Notes under the pieces: generated by a model | The model's database searches: none | The model's input: the letters and a program-made list of their open reading frames with translations, nothing else | Told to the model about the DNA's origin: nothing | NCBI RefSeq assembly: GCF_009914755.1 | Contig: NC_060939.1 | Length of the DNA: 64,000 bases | Source: the human T2T-CHM13v2.0 reference genome, Homo sapiens | Reading direction: 5' to 3' (one strand) | Part shown: piece by piece, positions 14,086 to 34,825 of the stretch | Numbering within the stretch: position 1 is the first letter of the stretch | Layout: each line of letters begins with the position of its first letter | Translations under genes and position numbers: made by a program

Positions 14086-14696
14086 CTGCTTATTCTTTGC
14101 AGGTCGGCTGTGCTGGGGCCTTTATGAGAGTAGATAAATCACATGCTGATGGTTTCAATAATTCCAAACACTTCATTCTGAAAATCCACACAGGAGCTAG
14201 CTCAAGCTGCCAAGAAAACATTCAATTAGTGTTCCGTTTGAGGTTGCTTTTTGCTGCACTACCTCAGTCCCTGAATATTCTCTCTTTGGTTTATCAACTG
14301 AAATTCAGCGGACTCTCTGGGGCTCACTAGAACACGGTAATAATTAGTCCAAGAATGACAATTCTATTATAACTTGACTTTAATCTCGTGAGATGTTCAG
14401 GCACCTTCCAACATTCAGTTCGTAGCTTTATCTAAAGACAGGGCCAATTGTGAGAGGGAGGGAGAGGTCCCTCTATGGAAGCAGATGTAGAAAAGGAAAA
14501 TTGTGATCTAGCACCATTGCCTTGTTTGTGCATAACACTTGAGGGTTTACAGAATGTATTTGTCATGTATAACTTTATGCTGACAGATAAAAGTTTAGCC
14601 AAGGCAATTTTAGTGGAGAGTGGGTGATTCTTATCATGCTTGGTGTGCTCTATGTTTCAAGACTATTGGAAATTACAAATAAAACCCACCTAATAG

Positions 14697-14808
14697 TCTA
14701 TGATAAACCATCTTCCCAGTTTGGAATGAGGGAGTTCAGGGACATAGGCCTTTCAAGTGCTAAACCTGACAAAGTCCTAGATAAAAAGAGATGAGTTGCA
14801 CATTACCT
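14697..14808. mobile_element. MER81-like (hAT-Blackjack MITE)
   Basis: ~110 bp resembling ...GGGACTTTCAGTGCTAAAACCGGGAAAGTCC...GAGTTGGTCACCCTA. Confidence 0.55.
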
Positions 14809-14830
14809 AATAAAAATACCCAGGCATATA

Positions 14831-15027
14831 ATAGAGGTAAGCAAATGACCTATTGACTATTTTTGCAAATAAAATGTTGTTGCAACACAGCTATGCCAAT
14901 TTACATATAGTGCTTATGGGTGATTTCTTATTATCCTGGCAGATTGAGTAGTTGTGAGAGAGGCTATGACCTGGAAAGTTGAACATATTTACTATCTGCC
15001 CCCTTATAAAAAAGTTTGCAACATCTG
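14831..15027 (+). mobile_element. MER58A-like (hAT-Charlie MITE)
   Basis: gcaaataaaatgttgttgcaacacagc...gagtagttgtgagagag...atatttactatctgcccc...aaagtttgcaacatctg. Confidence 0.75.
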
Positions 15028-15509
15028 ATCTATACCTTAGCTGAAGATCTTGAAGAGGAGCTGTGCAAAGATAGCTAAAAGATTCACCAATGCGACGAAA
15101 CCCACATTCTGCACTAAGACCCGTACATATTTTGTTACATCATTGACAGCCACAAAATGGTTTTATATAGTGAAGTTCTGATATGGATATGCATTTACTC
15201 CTAAATGAGAAGATAATAATAACTTTTAACAAGAAAGACCAAGAGAATAGCTGCTGTCTAAAATTAGCATCCTATCTAAAATTCTCCTTTTTGTCTATGT
15301 TCTCTTTGCCCTGGGATTTAGCTGTTTAATATTAGGACAGTTTGTAGAGCTGTAGAAACTGTCAATGCTTGAAATTTTTCTTTAAGTGTCAAGTTTGCTA
15401 CATATTTCCAAAGATGACTGCTTTCCCTATCTGTTTCTGCTATGATACTGGCTACCTGTTTTATGTCAAAATATACTCTAGAATTAGATCTTGGGTACCC
15501 TACAATTGA

Positions 15510-15650
15510 ACATCTGTTCAATGCAGATAATAGTAGTATTTACTTCACAGGTTACTATAATAGGTTAAAAGACTTAACATAGCAAAAATACTAAGCATCA
15601 GAGTGTTCATCGTAAACATTCAGTACATTTAACCTGCTATTATTAACATC
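15510..15650 (+). mobile_element. MIR fragment
   Basis: catctgttcaatgcagataatagtagtatttacttcacagg, the MIR core. Confidence 0.55.
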
Positions 15651-16018
15651 AACTTATTAATAACTCCTGGAATCATGACTTGGCTGATTATTCTGGACTT
15701 GTGCTTCCAGTTTGGTGATCAAACTAAAACGTGTAACCTGCTGGGCAGAGACATGAATGGGGTGATAATTCCTGTCCTCACAAGTTTTTTTTGAGCAGCA
15801 TTTGATGGAAGACATGTACATTTAATCTCCTGGGACCCACCCAGTGGGCTACACTTACATGTGAGTTCCAGGTAGCATACTATTTCATTCAACTCAGTAG
15901 CTCACTGAGAAAGGCAGAACTGGCCCTTGTACTCTGACTTCACTTAGGAGCACAGTCACCCAGAGAGGTAAGTTACCACCTGATGTCACATAGTCAATGG
16001 TGTGAGCATCCGAGTCAG

Positions 16019-16023
<5 letters not shown>

Positions 16024-16051
<28 letters not shown>
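16024..16051. repeat. Poly(T) run, 28 nt
   Basis: Uninterrupted T run inside a degenerate MIR-like segment. Confidence 0.95.
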
Positions 16052-17279
16052 GGCTAAGTCCACAGCTTTCTTAGCTATACTATATTTCCTCATGTGTCTT
16101 TTGGGATAATCCCCAGTACCGTCATAAGACAAAAAGTATTATGTAATATTAAATGTTGAAATATTATCCCATTTCTCCATATGAAGGGCAAAACTATTTA
16201 TTGACCAAAAAATAAAGATAAAATTAAATTCATTCACATAGAACGTGCTGGACCCTAGAACACTACGACTCTGACACTGTTCTCTCAAAACCTCTGAAAC
16301 CTCATACAGATGAGAGGACATTTTAAGGTAAACACAAGCCTTAGGATATGGGGTGAGGGAAGCCCTTAAGAATCCTACTATAGATACTGACTTACTCCTG
16401 AAATAGTTCTTTAGGTAAATATTTCACTGACAGGATAGTTCTTCTTTTCTTCAGATGCCTCTTGTGACACCTATTTTGTCTCAGAAAATTTATTTTGAAT
16501 GATCAGATAATTTTGAGTTAAAGGGAAGTTTGGGGGTAATTTTGAACAATCCTGTTTTATTTTCAGTGGTGACTGAGGCTCAGTAAAGCTAAGCAATGTG
16601 CTCAATGTTGCACCATAAGGAAGCAGAAGTACATTGGTGGGACCTAGACCCCTTGACTCTTGGTTGAGTGTTCTTCCTTCTGTGAGCCTTACCCTTTATG
16701 TCCTGTGTCATGTTTTGCTACTGGCTGCAAATGACCATCCAAGTATTGCTTTCTCAGAGAGCTTTGAGCCTGAGACATTCAGTACATGCTACATGCAGAT
16801 AAATCAAATGTCAGACCCACCTCTTCGGCCTGCCTAGTCTTTGTCTTTGTTGAGATCCAAGTTCTAGATTCCATCCTGACTTCCTTATATTTTTTCCTTT
16901 CCTCTGTGACTGGGTTTCTTCTACTATAGAGTGAGACTAATAAAGTTCGCCTTTATCTGCACTCAGAAAAGTATTTAATACAAGATCACTGCATGAAAGA
17001 AAATCAATATGTGGTGCAGATTAAATGGTAAAGGAACAAAAGCTCACGGAAGGAACACAAAAGAACCTTTTCTTCTGCCAACCAGCAGCGCTAACTGAGA
17101 GAAGCAGACAGTTCTGTATGATATTCTGTAAATAAGTCTGAGGCACAGACTAGTGAAAATCCCAGAGTGAATCTGTGCACAATGGAGACAGAGCTGATGA
17201 TAGAAAATAGAAAAATGAGCAATGTGCAGAGCAGTCACTTCTTGTAGCATTGCACAGGGCTCAATCCTTTAGCTATATG

Positions 17280-17500
17280 AACTTGAGTTTGAATCTGGTC
17301 TCCAACTCCTGTGAACTTCTTGATGTTGGTCAAGTTGCAAAACTTCTCTGAGCCTCAGTTTATTTTCAATAAAAAATGAAAACTAATATTTACTTCAAAG
17401 AATTATGGTGGAGGTTGTAAATAATTCCTGGTGCTGAGCATGAGAAGTGAAGAAATGTTAACTATTATTATGACTATTATTATTATTATTATTACTGCTA
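17280..17500 (+). mobile_element. MIR with (TTA)n tail
   Basis: gagtttgaatctggtctcc...ggtcaagttgcaaaacttctctgagcctcagttt, followed by tattattattattatta. Confidence 0.7.
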
Positions 17501-17637
17501 CTATCATCTTTATTGCCATCATCCTGGTCTAAGGTATCATCCTTTATCCTACCTGGAAAGGATCAGTAATCAGTGAAAACCCTCCACTCCTTATTTCTGC
17601 AAACAATTCATATTCTATCGCCTATTGGTTTGTAAAC

Positions 17638-18557
17638 ATGGTTCCACGTTCCTTTATCGAAAATCACAGGTTAGATGTGTTTTGAAATTCAGAATTTGGG
17701 GATTTTAGAGAAGACATACAAATGTGCTGTGTAGCACATGCTACACAGCAATCCCAGCATGTTTTGGAGCAATAGCCTATAATCAGTTATATTCAGTTTT
17801 GTGTCCAGGGTCCCCAAGACCACTTCCAGATCTGGTGATTTGTTAGGAAGACCCATGAGACTCAGCATATATTCATATTCCTTGCTATGATTTATTACCA
17901 CAAAAGGATACAATGAAAAATCAGCAAAGGGAAACAGGTTAACACAGTGAAATCCAGAGGAAACTAGCAATAAGATTCCAGGAGCCCTGTCCCCGAGGAG
18001 TCACGCAGGATGCGCTTAATTTCTCTGGCAACAAGTTGTTGCAAGCCATGTGAAGTGTTGTCCGCCAGAGAAGGTCATTAGGGACTCAGTACTCTGTGTT
18101 TTTATTGGGGACTAGGCACATAAATACACTCTGCCTAGCATTTACCAAAACTCCAGACTCCCAGAAGAAAAACAAGTTTTCAGCATAAACCACATTGTAT
18201 AAACTGTTTAGGGACAGTGAGTCCCTCTTATATCTTAAGGAATGGTAGGGACCCTCCTAAAATCTAAGTTCCCAGATGCCAGTCGAGGGCCAATCATGTA
18301 AGCAGGGCTTTCTAACAGTAGCAGTTTCAGGCCTGTTAGGTTAATTTTTGACACAACTTTCTATAGAAAAATATATGAATAATTATACGGAGAGGTATAA
18401 ATGAAGACTAGAACTTGCCTCATGGCATGTTAGTTCAGGCTTTGCCACCAAACTAACTCAGATTGTGTCAATTATCCCTGTAAACTGTGTCATCAAATTC
18501 TTATGTTTTTTTCAGAGCTTGTTGTATTTCTGAATTGCAGATAAGGAATTACAGTTC
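17638..18557. mobile_element. Tigger-family (MER46C-like) element split by an LTR
   Basis: Degenerate inverted ends (ttcctttatcgaaaat...gaaattcagaatttgg and ...gtatttctgaattgcagataaggaattac) flank the 17800-18355 LTR. Confidence 0.5.
17800..18355 (-). mobile_element. Solo LTR, MER21/MER77-family (ERVL)
   Basis: TG...CA ends, 5-bp TSD agttt/acttt, MER21-type body gggtccccaagaccac...gactcagcatata...atgatttattac...aatcagcaaagggaaa. Confidence 0.75.
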
Positions 18558-18579
18558 TATTCTGTTTTGTCTCTCTTTC

Positions 18580-18900
<321 letters not shown>

Positions 18901-19181
18901 TCTTCTCTTGCTTCCTTCCTTTATTTTCTTCCTTTCTTCCTTCCTTTACCTTTGTTCAGTTTTATTCTTAAGTAAAATACAGAACAATAGCACAAAAATC
19001 AGGAGATGAGAAATAGAAAATTATTACAAAGCTTCTATACTTACATAAAGTGGTATAATATCACTTGAAGGTAGGCTGTGATAAGTTCAAGACACATTCT
19101 AGAAAAAGACTAAAATAAAACAAAGAGTATAGCTAATTAATCTAAAAGAAGACAAAATGGAATCATAAAAAAAATATACTC

Positions 19182-19616
<435 letters not shown>

Positions 19617-19744
19617 TCACATTAAATATAAATTGTCAGAGACACCAATTAAAAATTAAAATGTAAAGTTGGATAAAAATGCAGGAGCTACCTACATGCT
19701 GCCTAAAAAAAAAACTTTATAAAGACACAAAAATATAAAAAGTA

Positions 19745-21432
19745 TGGGCAAAAGACCCAGAATATTCAACATAATACTGAAGGAGAAGAACAAACTTAGA
19801 GGACTGACACTACCTGACTTCAAGACTTACTTTAAAGCTAGAGTAATTAAGACAGTGTGGTATTGTGAAAGAATAGAAAAATAGATCCATTGAACAGAAG
19901 AGAGAGGCCAGAAATAGACTCACATAAATATAACCCACTGATGATTGACAAAGGAACAATAATCCAATAAGCAAAGATCGTTTCTTTCAACAAGTGGCAC
20001 CAGAACAACTGGACATCCAAATGCACAGAAACAAAAAAACAAACCAAAATGAACAGACAAAAACCCCCAAATTGAGATGCAGACCTAATACCCTTAACAA
20101 AAATTAACTCAAAGTAATCCACAGACCTAAATGCAGAATGCAAAATTATAAAACACCTCGATGACAACGTAGGAGAAAATGAAAATTACCTTTGGTTCAG
20201 AGAAAACTTTTTAGGTACGATGTCAAAGACACAATCCACGACAAAAAGTTGTTAAGCCGAATTTTATTAAAAGTAAAGATTTCGGCTCTGCAAAAGACAT
20301 TGACAAGAGAATGAAAAGGTAAGCCACAGACTGGGGTAAAATATTTGCAAAAGACAAATCTGGTTAAAGGACAGTAATGTGAGAAAACATTTTAAATGGT
20401 CCACTTTCAAGGCATGATAAGTCTAAGTACTGGCAGCCAGCCTGCAAATGTAACAAATTGCATGGCTCATGAACCTAGAAGGTCACAGTAAGTGAATAGA
20501 ATGTAGAGGAGGGGTCAGCCCATAAAAGGGAAGAAAGTTTCATTATTGGGAAATCAAAACTTAAGCGGGGACTGGGATGGCATATAACCTTATAAGGGAA
20601 ATAATAAAACTTAGGTGACGTCTGGGAAGATTGTAACCCCATAGTACTTGACCAATAAGGAACTGGGGGAGGGACTTGCATGCTAGGAGATAAATTACCT
20701 GTTGTGACTGCCCAGGATGTGCCTGCCTATCAGACACCTGATCTTGCAAGACCGTTTGCTGTTCTTTGTGCCTCTAAGTCCATTCTTTGGGTTTGGATGG
20801 GTGAGTGTGTTTCTCACAAGTAATCCAAAATATGCAAAGAACTCTTAAAACTCAATAATACGACAACAAATACCTGATTAAAATATGGATCAAAGACCTT
20901 CACAGACAGCTCACCAAATAAGAAATACAGATGGTAAATAAGCATATGAAAGTATGTTCCATGTCATATGTCACCACAGAAATGAAAATCTGAAGAAGCT
21001 ACATGCTGTATAATTCCAACTATATGACATTCTGGAAAAAGCAAAACCATGGAAACAGTAAAAGGATTGTAGTTTCCTGGAAATAGGGAAGAGGGAGAGA
21101 TGAAGAGGTAGAGCATAGAGGATTTTTAGGGCACTGAAACTACTCTGTGTGATACTCTAACTGTATGCATTATACATTTGTCCAAATCCATAGAATGTAT
21201 AGCTCCAAGACTAAATCCTAATGTAAACTATGGACTTTGAATGATAGTGATGCAACAATGTAGGCTCATCAGTTGTAACACATATGCCACTCTTGTGGAG
21301 GATGTAGATATTGTGGGGGTCTATGCATGTGTGGAGGCAAGGTCTACACAAAAATCCTCTGTACATTTTTCTCAGTTTTACTGTGAACCTAAAACTGCTC
21401 TTTAAAAATGAAGTCTTTTTAAAAAATAAATA
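19745..21432 (+). mobile_element. L1MC1/L1MC2-like 3' part (split by an LTR)
   Basis: ORF2 3' (ggactgacactacctgacttcaagacttac) and an L1MC 3'UTR (gaagctacatgctgtataattccaactatatgacattctggaaaa...gtgaacctaaaactgctct). Confidence 0.8.
20378..20818 (+). mobile_element. Solo LTR, LTR47-like (ERVL)
   Basis: Terminal inverted repeat tgtgagaaa...tttctcaca, perfect 5-bp TSD agtaa (20373-20377 and 20819-20823), 441 bp. Confidence 0.85.
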
Positions 21433-22748
21433 AAAGGATGAAAGAGATATACCATGCTATCACTAAAAATAATTGTAATAGCTATATTAATATCCTACAA
21501 AGTAGATCTCAAACAAAGAATATTACTAGTGATAAATAAGTTAATTTCCTGATAATAAAAATGTCAACTAGTCAGGAGGACAAAAGAATCTGAAATGTGT
21601 ATGTTCTGCATAAAATAACTTCAAAATTTATAAAACAAAATCTGCTAGAACTGTAAGGAAAAAGACAAAATCACAAAAATAGAGAGTTTTATATTTCTCC
21701 CAAAATAATTGGGAGAAATATAATATATTTACCAATAATATATCCCAATTATTTTTATTATTTATTATTTTTATTTTATTATATATATTTCCCAATAATA
21801 TATCCCAACTATTTTGGGAGAAATATAAAATAGAATAAGTAGACTTTATGACTTTCCTAGGATATAGGAAAACTGAACAAATCTATAAACAAACTTGACT
21901 TTTTTGACATTATAGAATAACCCGTCTCCAAACACCAGAATATACATTTTTTGTACCATACACGGAACATTTACAAAGACAGACCATAATCTGAGAAAGA
22001 AAACAACCGTCAATAAATTTTAAATTATTCATATTGTGCAGTGTGTCTTTGGTAAATTGAGACTTAAATTAGAATTCAAAACCAGAATGATCTCTTGAAA
22101 ACTCCTAAAATTTGGAATGTAAATAACAAACATCGCTACAATCAAGACATATTTATCATTCTGAAAAACTTTCATACGCCTTTTTGTAATCCCCTCCTTA
22201 ATCGGAGTGATGGTTTCATTGGTACAGAAATATGTCAAACTTATTAAATTGGACACATATATACGTATATACATACATACACTTAATTATGTCAACTATA
22301 ACTCAATTTTTTAAAAGTAAGAGTTACAACAAATACAAGTGGAGGATCCCTTTCTAATAACAACATATTTAAATGGGAGTCTGTCTCTTCAATGCACTTG
22401 AATCGATATTGATTTTAACGTTTACAATGGTCTGTAAAATAGTTCTTTGACAATTCCCTCTAAATTAGTCTAACTGAAACTGAATTCAACCAGTTAATAG
22501 GCTGGCTATTTTTTTTTATGTTTAGATTGAGTTAAATGGTTCTATCTGTGCAAATCTTCCCACTCTTCACTTAAAACCTCAAACACAATAAAAGCCCATC
22601 TGTAGATACCACTGGGAAATGCGTCATTCAGTGAAGTAATTCCTACCACAAATCCCTGCAATTTGCATACACGCGGGCCCCTCTTTCCCCTGAGCTTCAG
22701 GCTGGGAGAAGCTGGTGTAAGAGACAGCCAGCCTGTTGCCAAACTCAC

Positions 22749-22839
22749 TTTATTTGTTCGAGCATATTCCTTTAACACGGGACAGTCGGCTTCCTGTAGT
22801 ATTTTTCCAAAAAGAAAGTAGGCGTGGCCCATTTTAAGC
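22749..22839 (-). other. Candidate internal exon (91 bp) of a - strand transcript
   Basis: Acceptor tatttgtttattttcttggag (G at -3 is weak), donor AAA|gtgagt, non-repeat sequence with 4 retained CpGs. Splice signals only. Confidence 0.3.
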
Positions 22840-23126
22840 CTCCAAGAAAATAAACAAATAAATAATTGTTTTCATTTTCCTTTGTTCTTGATCCCTTCCC
22901 AAACTAATCTAAAAATGAGTTTTGTTTTATACGAAAAGATCGATGCATGCAGCGGTTTTTTTCCCCTTAAAATCTGGCATCTCTATAAAGAAAAACTGCC
23001 TATGTACAGACTGTGTAAGCGAAGAGAAAAAAAGAACTTAAAAAGAAAGAGATTGCCATTTTTAGTCCATTATACATGTATTTTAGAAAACACTTTCACC
23101 ACCTGAATCCACGGAAGAGAGTCTGA

Positions 23127-23612
<486 letters not shown>

Positions 23613-23905
23613 TTACATGATTGCAAAGGGGCCATGTATTATTTGCCCAGGAAATGCTCTTATGCTTTACAGGGTTTGCTACAGGAGGGGCGAGTAATGA
23701 CTTAGCAGAACTTCTTCGTGAATTACTGGAAGCCAGCATGTTCCTCCTGCTCTGGCTTGTGCAGGAATAAACCACACACCACTTAACAGGGTTGGTGGTT
23801 TTTCTTGTCCTTTCCTGTTTGGAGAAGGACGTTGACAGTAGAGAAAGCCAAGGCACTGACTCATGAACAGTAGAGACTGTCAGCAGAGCAGAGAACGATA
23901 CCCAC

Positions 23906-23931
23906 CTTCTAAACTTCTCATCTCCATACTT
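23906..23931 (-). other. Candidate 26-bp exon of a - strand transcript
   Basis: ttggctcttgtttggttgtttcatcag|AAGTATGGAGATGAGAAGTTTAGAAG|gtgggt, purine-rich body. Splice signals only. Confidence 0.25.
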
Positions 23932-23984
23932 CTGATGAAACAACCAAACAAGAGCCAAAATTACTCTTAAAAATTCTGAGAAAT

Positions 23985-24530
23985 TATAGTGTGATGAAGG
24001 TTAACATGACCACTGATGTCATGTGGATATCACATAGCGCCTCCCCACAATATGACGCGACAATGAAGGCACTTCACCTATGTGATACTCTTCCAAAAAC
24101 GTAGACTCCAGTCTAATCATAAGAAAAATGACAGACCAGCCCACATGGGGAGGTGTTCTACAGTATTCCTGGGCGGTACTTCTCAATACTGTTAAGGTAA
24201 TGAACAATAAGGAAGACAGATAAACTGTCGCAGAGCAGAGGAGCCTGGGGAGCCATGCAAACTAAATGCAATGTGGTACCCTGGCCTGAATCCTGGAGCA
24301 CAAAATAGATGCTAATGGAAACACTGATGAAATCCAATACAGCCCAGTGTTTGGCTAATAGTAAACACCAGCATCCGCTTCTTAGTTGTGACAAATGTAC
24401 CATCGTATTTTACAATGGTAAAATATATCTAGGTTCCATGGGGGAAACTAGATGAAGGATATGCAGGAACTCTGTGTACTATCTTTGCAACTTTTCTGTC
24501 AATCTAAAATTAGGCTGAAATTTAAAAACA
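23985..24530 (+). mobile_element. L1MC/L1MD 3'UTR fragment
   Basis: gtgatgaaggttaacatgacc...ccagtctaatcataagaaaaa...gtactatctttgcaacttttctgtcaatctaaaatta. Confidence 0.75.
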
Positions 24531-25037
24531 TGATTTTAAAAGCTGAGAAATAATTCTGAGAAAGAATGTTTGTACCTTATTGCAACTTAAATGTCTAAAA
24601 TGAAAATTTGATGCTCACAAGAATGATGTCTGAATAAATGAAATAAAGTTATCTAAGCAGATGATGTTCTAAATTATTGCCTCTGTGTTCTGAATTCCAT
24701 TGTGTTCTTGCCCCTAGCCCCCAGCCCAAAGTCAAAAAGTTACTTGAAACTAACAAGTAACTATAGTTTAAAAAATTTTTTAAGTCTTTAGAAAAACATA
24801 AATGTGTACGTCTCTGCGACACGAAAGGCCATACAAGTGAAGAGATCACATTGGATATTTTTTTGTGCCCCTCTTGTGCAAACAGACATAGACATGGCAC
24901 ATGGCATATAATTATTATTGACACATCTGTCCCTGCCCTACATCTTGATTTCTTTGTGAGGAAGAAAAGTAGTCTTTGGAATCATTAGATATAAATACAA
25001 ATAAATCCCAGCTCACCAAGTAATTATTAATTAATGT

Positions 25038-25344
25038 ATTTTGTTTTGTTTTGTTTTGTTTTTTTGAGACAGAGTCTCGCTCTGTCGCCTAGGCTGGAGT
25101 GCAATGGTGTGATCTTGGCTCACTGCAACCTCCGCCTCCTGGGTTCTAGCCATTCTCCTGCCTCAGCCTCCTGAGTAGCTAGGACTACAGGCATGCACCA
25201 CCATGCCTGGCTTTTTGTATTTTCAGTAGAGATGGGGATTCACCATGTTGGTCAGGCTGGTCTCAAACTCCTGACCTCAGTTGATCTGTCCGCCTTGGCC
25301 TCCGAAAGTGCTGGGATTAAAGGTGTGAGCCACTGCAACCGGCC
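25038..25344 (-). mobile_element. AluS (Sx/Sz-like)
   Basis: Full dimer with a (TTTTG)n tail. TSD ccaagtaattattaa on both sides. Confidence 0.92.
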
Positions 25345-25389
25345 TCCCCAAGTAATTATTAAGGTAACTCTAAACATTGCAACACATTT

Positions 25390-28799
<3,410 letters not shown>

Positions 28800-29972
28800 T
28801 CATATATCTTCCAGGGTGTCTCAGAGGATCTCATAGGGTTTAATAGGCATCCGGTACATGTTAATATCTTTTTGTTCTTAAGGTATTAAAAAATTTCATT
28901 TCCAGGGAAAACTATTGTCTATAGCACACTGGTCCAGATTATCTGACTCTAGCCTTTCATTATCTTTGAGCTATTTTATAACTTGGTAAATTTTAGATAT
29001 GTAATAGCAAGGCAAAATGATTCTAGTCTATGGATATACCGATTAGTTATGTGCAGTGGAGAGACAGATCTCCCTCCATTGGAAAAGGCAGTTTTGCATC
29101 CATTTGCAAGTTCATTTCAAAATCCAGTTTCTCCATATGCATTTGTGTTTCTTTGACTTCCTCCCTTTGCATTGGTTGTAACATTTCAATGGTCCTCTCA
29201 TTAATAACAAATTAAAATCTCTAACACATGTCCATTTTACATCTCTATGATAGCCATATTTTACTTCTTGAACATAAATATTATTTTATTCATTTTTGTA
29301 CTTTCTATTCCTATCCTGATAATAAGAGGTGTCGTAAATGTTAATCAAATAGAATTGATCCAGAATTTCAAATATGTCGGCAGTCAGAAGAAGTTAATCT
29401 TGCAATCTGTGAGATAAAATTCCGTAAAGACACTGGGCTGCCTATTGAAGATCTTAAATGAGCTGTAGAGAAGGAAAGAAAGTTGCAGGGTAAAGTCAGC
29501 AGCATCTTACTATGAAATGCAGCTGTGGCTTAAGCCATTAGGGGCTGAATCCAGCAGCACTGCCGGCCTCTCACTCAGGAGGAAATGCAGCTACTTCGTG
29601 GCTACACAGCCAGAAGCAATCTTTGCCACTTATAGAATGCTAAGGAGGCTCTAGGGGGAGGTGGTTTATCATCAGCAGCAGTAATCCTTAATATGTACGT
29701 GCAAACTCCCTGCAAATAGAGAGCACATACTATATTCAAAGGCCGATGTGGAATGCTGAAGATCACAGATTTTAGATTCAGACTATGCTAGGTTCAAATC
29801 CCAGCACATACTGGCTGCATGAACTTGGGACTGAGAGTTATTTGCTTGCCTAGGAAGCTGGGTCAAGCATACAGTATCATTCAATAAAACTAACCCTTAC
29901 AATTATTGGCAATTTGAGGGAAAGTAATAAGGGTTCAAGAATTCTAAGGAAGTTCAAAAGGGAAGACAACAT

Positions 29973-30439
29973 GTGTTTATTGCGGCACTATTCACAATAG
30001 CAAAGACTTGGAACCAACCCAAATGTCCAACAATGATAGACTGGATTAAGAATATGTGGCACATATACACCATGGAATACTATGCAGCCATAAAAAATGA
30101 TGAGTTCATGTCCTTTGTAGGGACATAAATGAAGCTGGAAACCATCATTCTCAGCAAACTATTGCAAGGACAAAAAACCAAACACCACATGTTCTCACTC
30201 ATAGGTGGGAATTGAACAATGAGAACACGTGGACACAGGAAGGGGAACATCACACACTGGGGACTATTGTGGGGTGGGGGGAGGAGGGAGGGGGGAGGGA
30301 TAGCATTAGGAGATATACCTAATGCTAAATGACCAGTTAATGGGTGCCGCGCACCAACATGGCACATGTGTACGTATGTAACAAACCTGCACATTGTGCA
30401 CATGTACCCTAAAACTTAAAGTGTAATTAAAAAAAAAAA
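29973..30439 (+). mobile_element. L1PA3-like 3' stub (~470 bp)
   Basis: TSD ggaagacaacat (29961-29972 and 30440-30451). ORF2 end, G-rich tract and 3'UTR with an A tail. Confidence 0.95.
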
Positions 30440-31139
30440 GGAAGACAACATAGAATCTATTAAGTCAAGTTTCACTTGACTTAATATTCTAAAATTGCCC
30501 TCATTAGTCACAATTATAGTTTAATTATCATGTAGTTCCATTTCCTCGTTATACTACTGAAAAGCTGATGCCATTACAGGTCATTGAAGGGCTTCCCAAA
30601 GTGTAATGGTGAGTGCATGGTGAGGGCCATACTAGGACTCAATCCCCCACTATCTGATGTACAGTAGTGCTCTTTCTGAAATACTGCACCAAGTCCAGTT
30701 CTTAACTGAATGACAGCAGAAGAGCAACCTTCTTCAAACAGCCCATCAAGTCACTTTAAAGAAAGAAAGAAAAAACACAATGAAACATAGGGGGACAAGA
30801 GGATCTAGGCGCAATTATCATTGTACCTGAGACCAGGACTCTGGACCTGAGGCCTCTAGAATTTTGCACATGCTACTTAGACTATTTTTTATAAAACTTA
30901 AAACTAAGCAATGATACAAAATTATCATGTTCAACAAAGTGGGTGAAAAATGCAAATATAATCTCAGTTCATTCCAGAATTAAGACTGTAATTTTTTCAC
31001 AAAATTATGGAAAAGAAAACTGACAACTGTATAAAAGTTAGCACACAACAACTCTTCTCTCAAGAAAAAGGCAAAATAATTGATAACCTTTTCTTTGGTT
31101 ATTTGAGTGAACTTACTATTAAATGTGTATGTGTGTGTG

Positions 31140-34745
<3,606 letters not shown>

Positions 34746-34825
34746 AAACAGAAGATAATCAACTCTTATGACCTCACACCTGATTTTAAAAAGTCCAAGA
34801 AAATACTTGATTAAAAGTGTGCATA

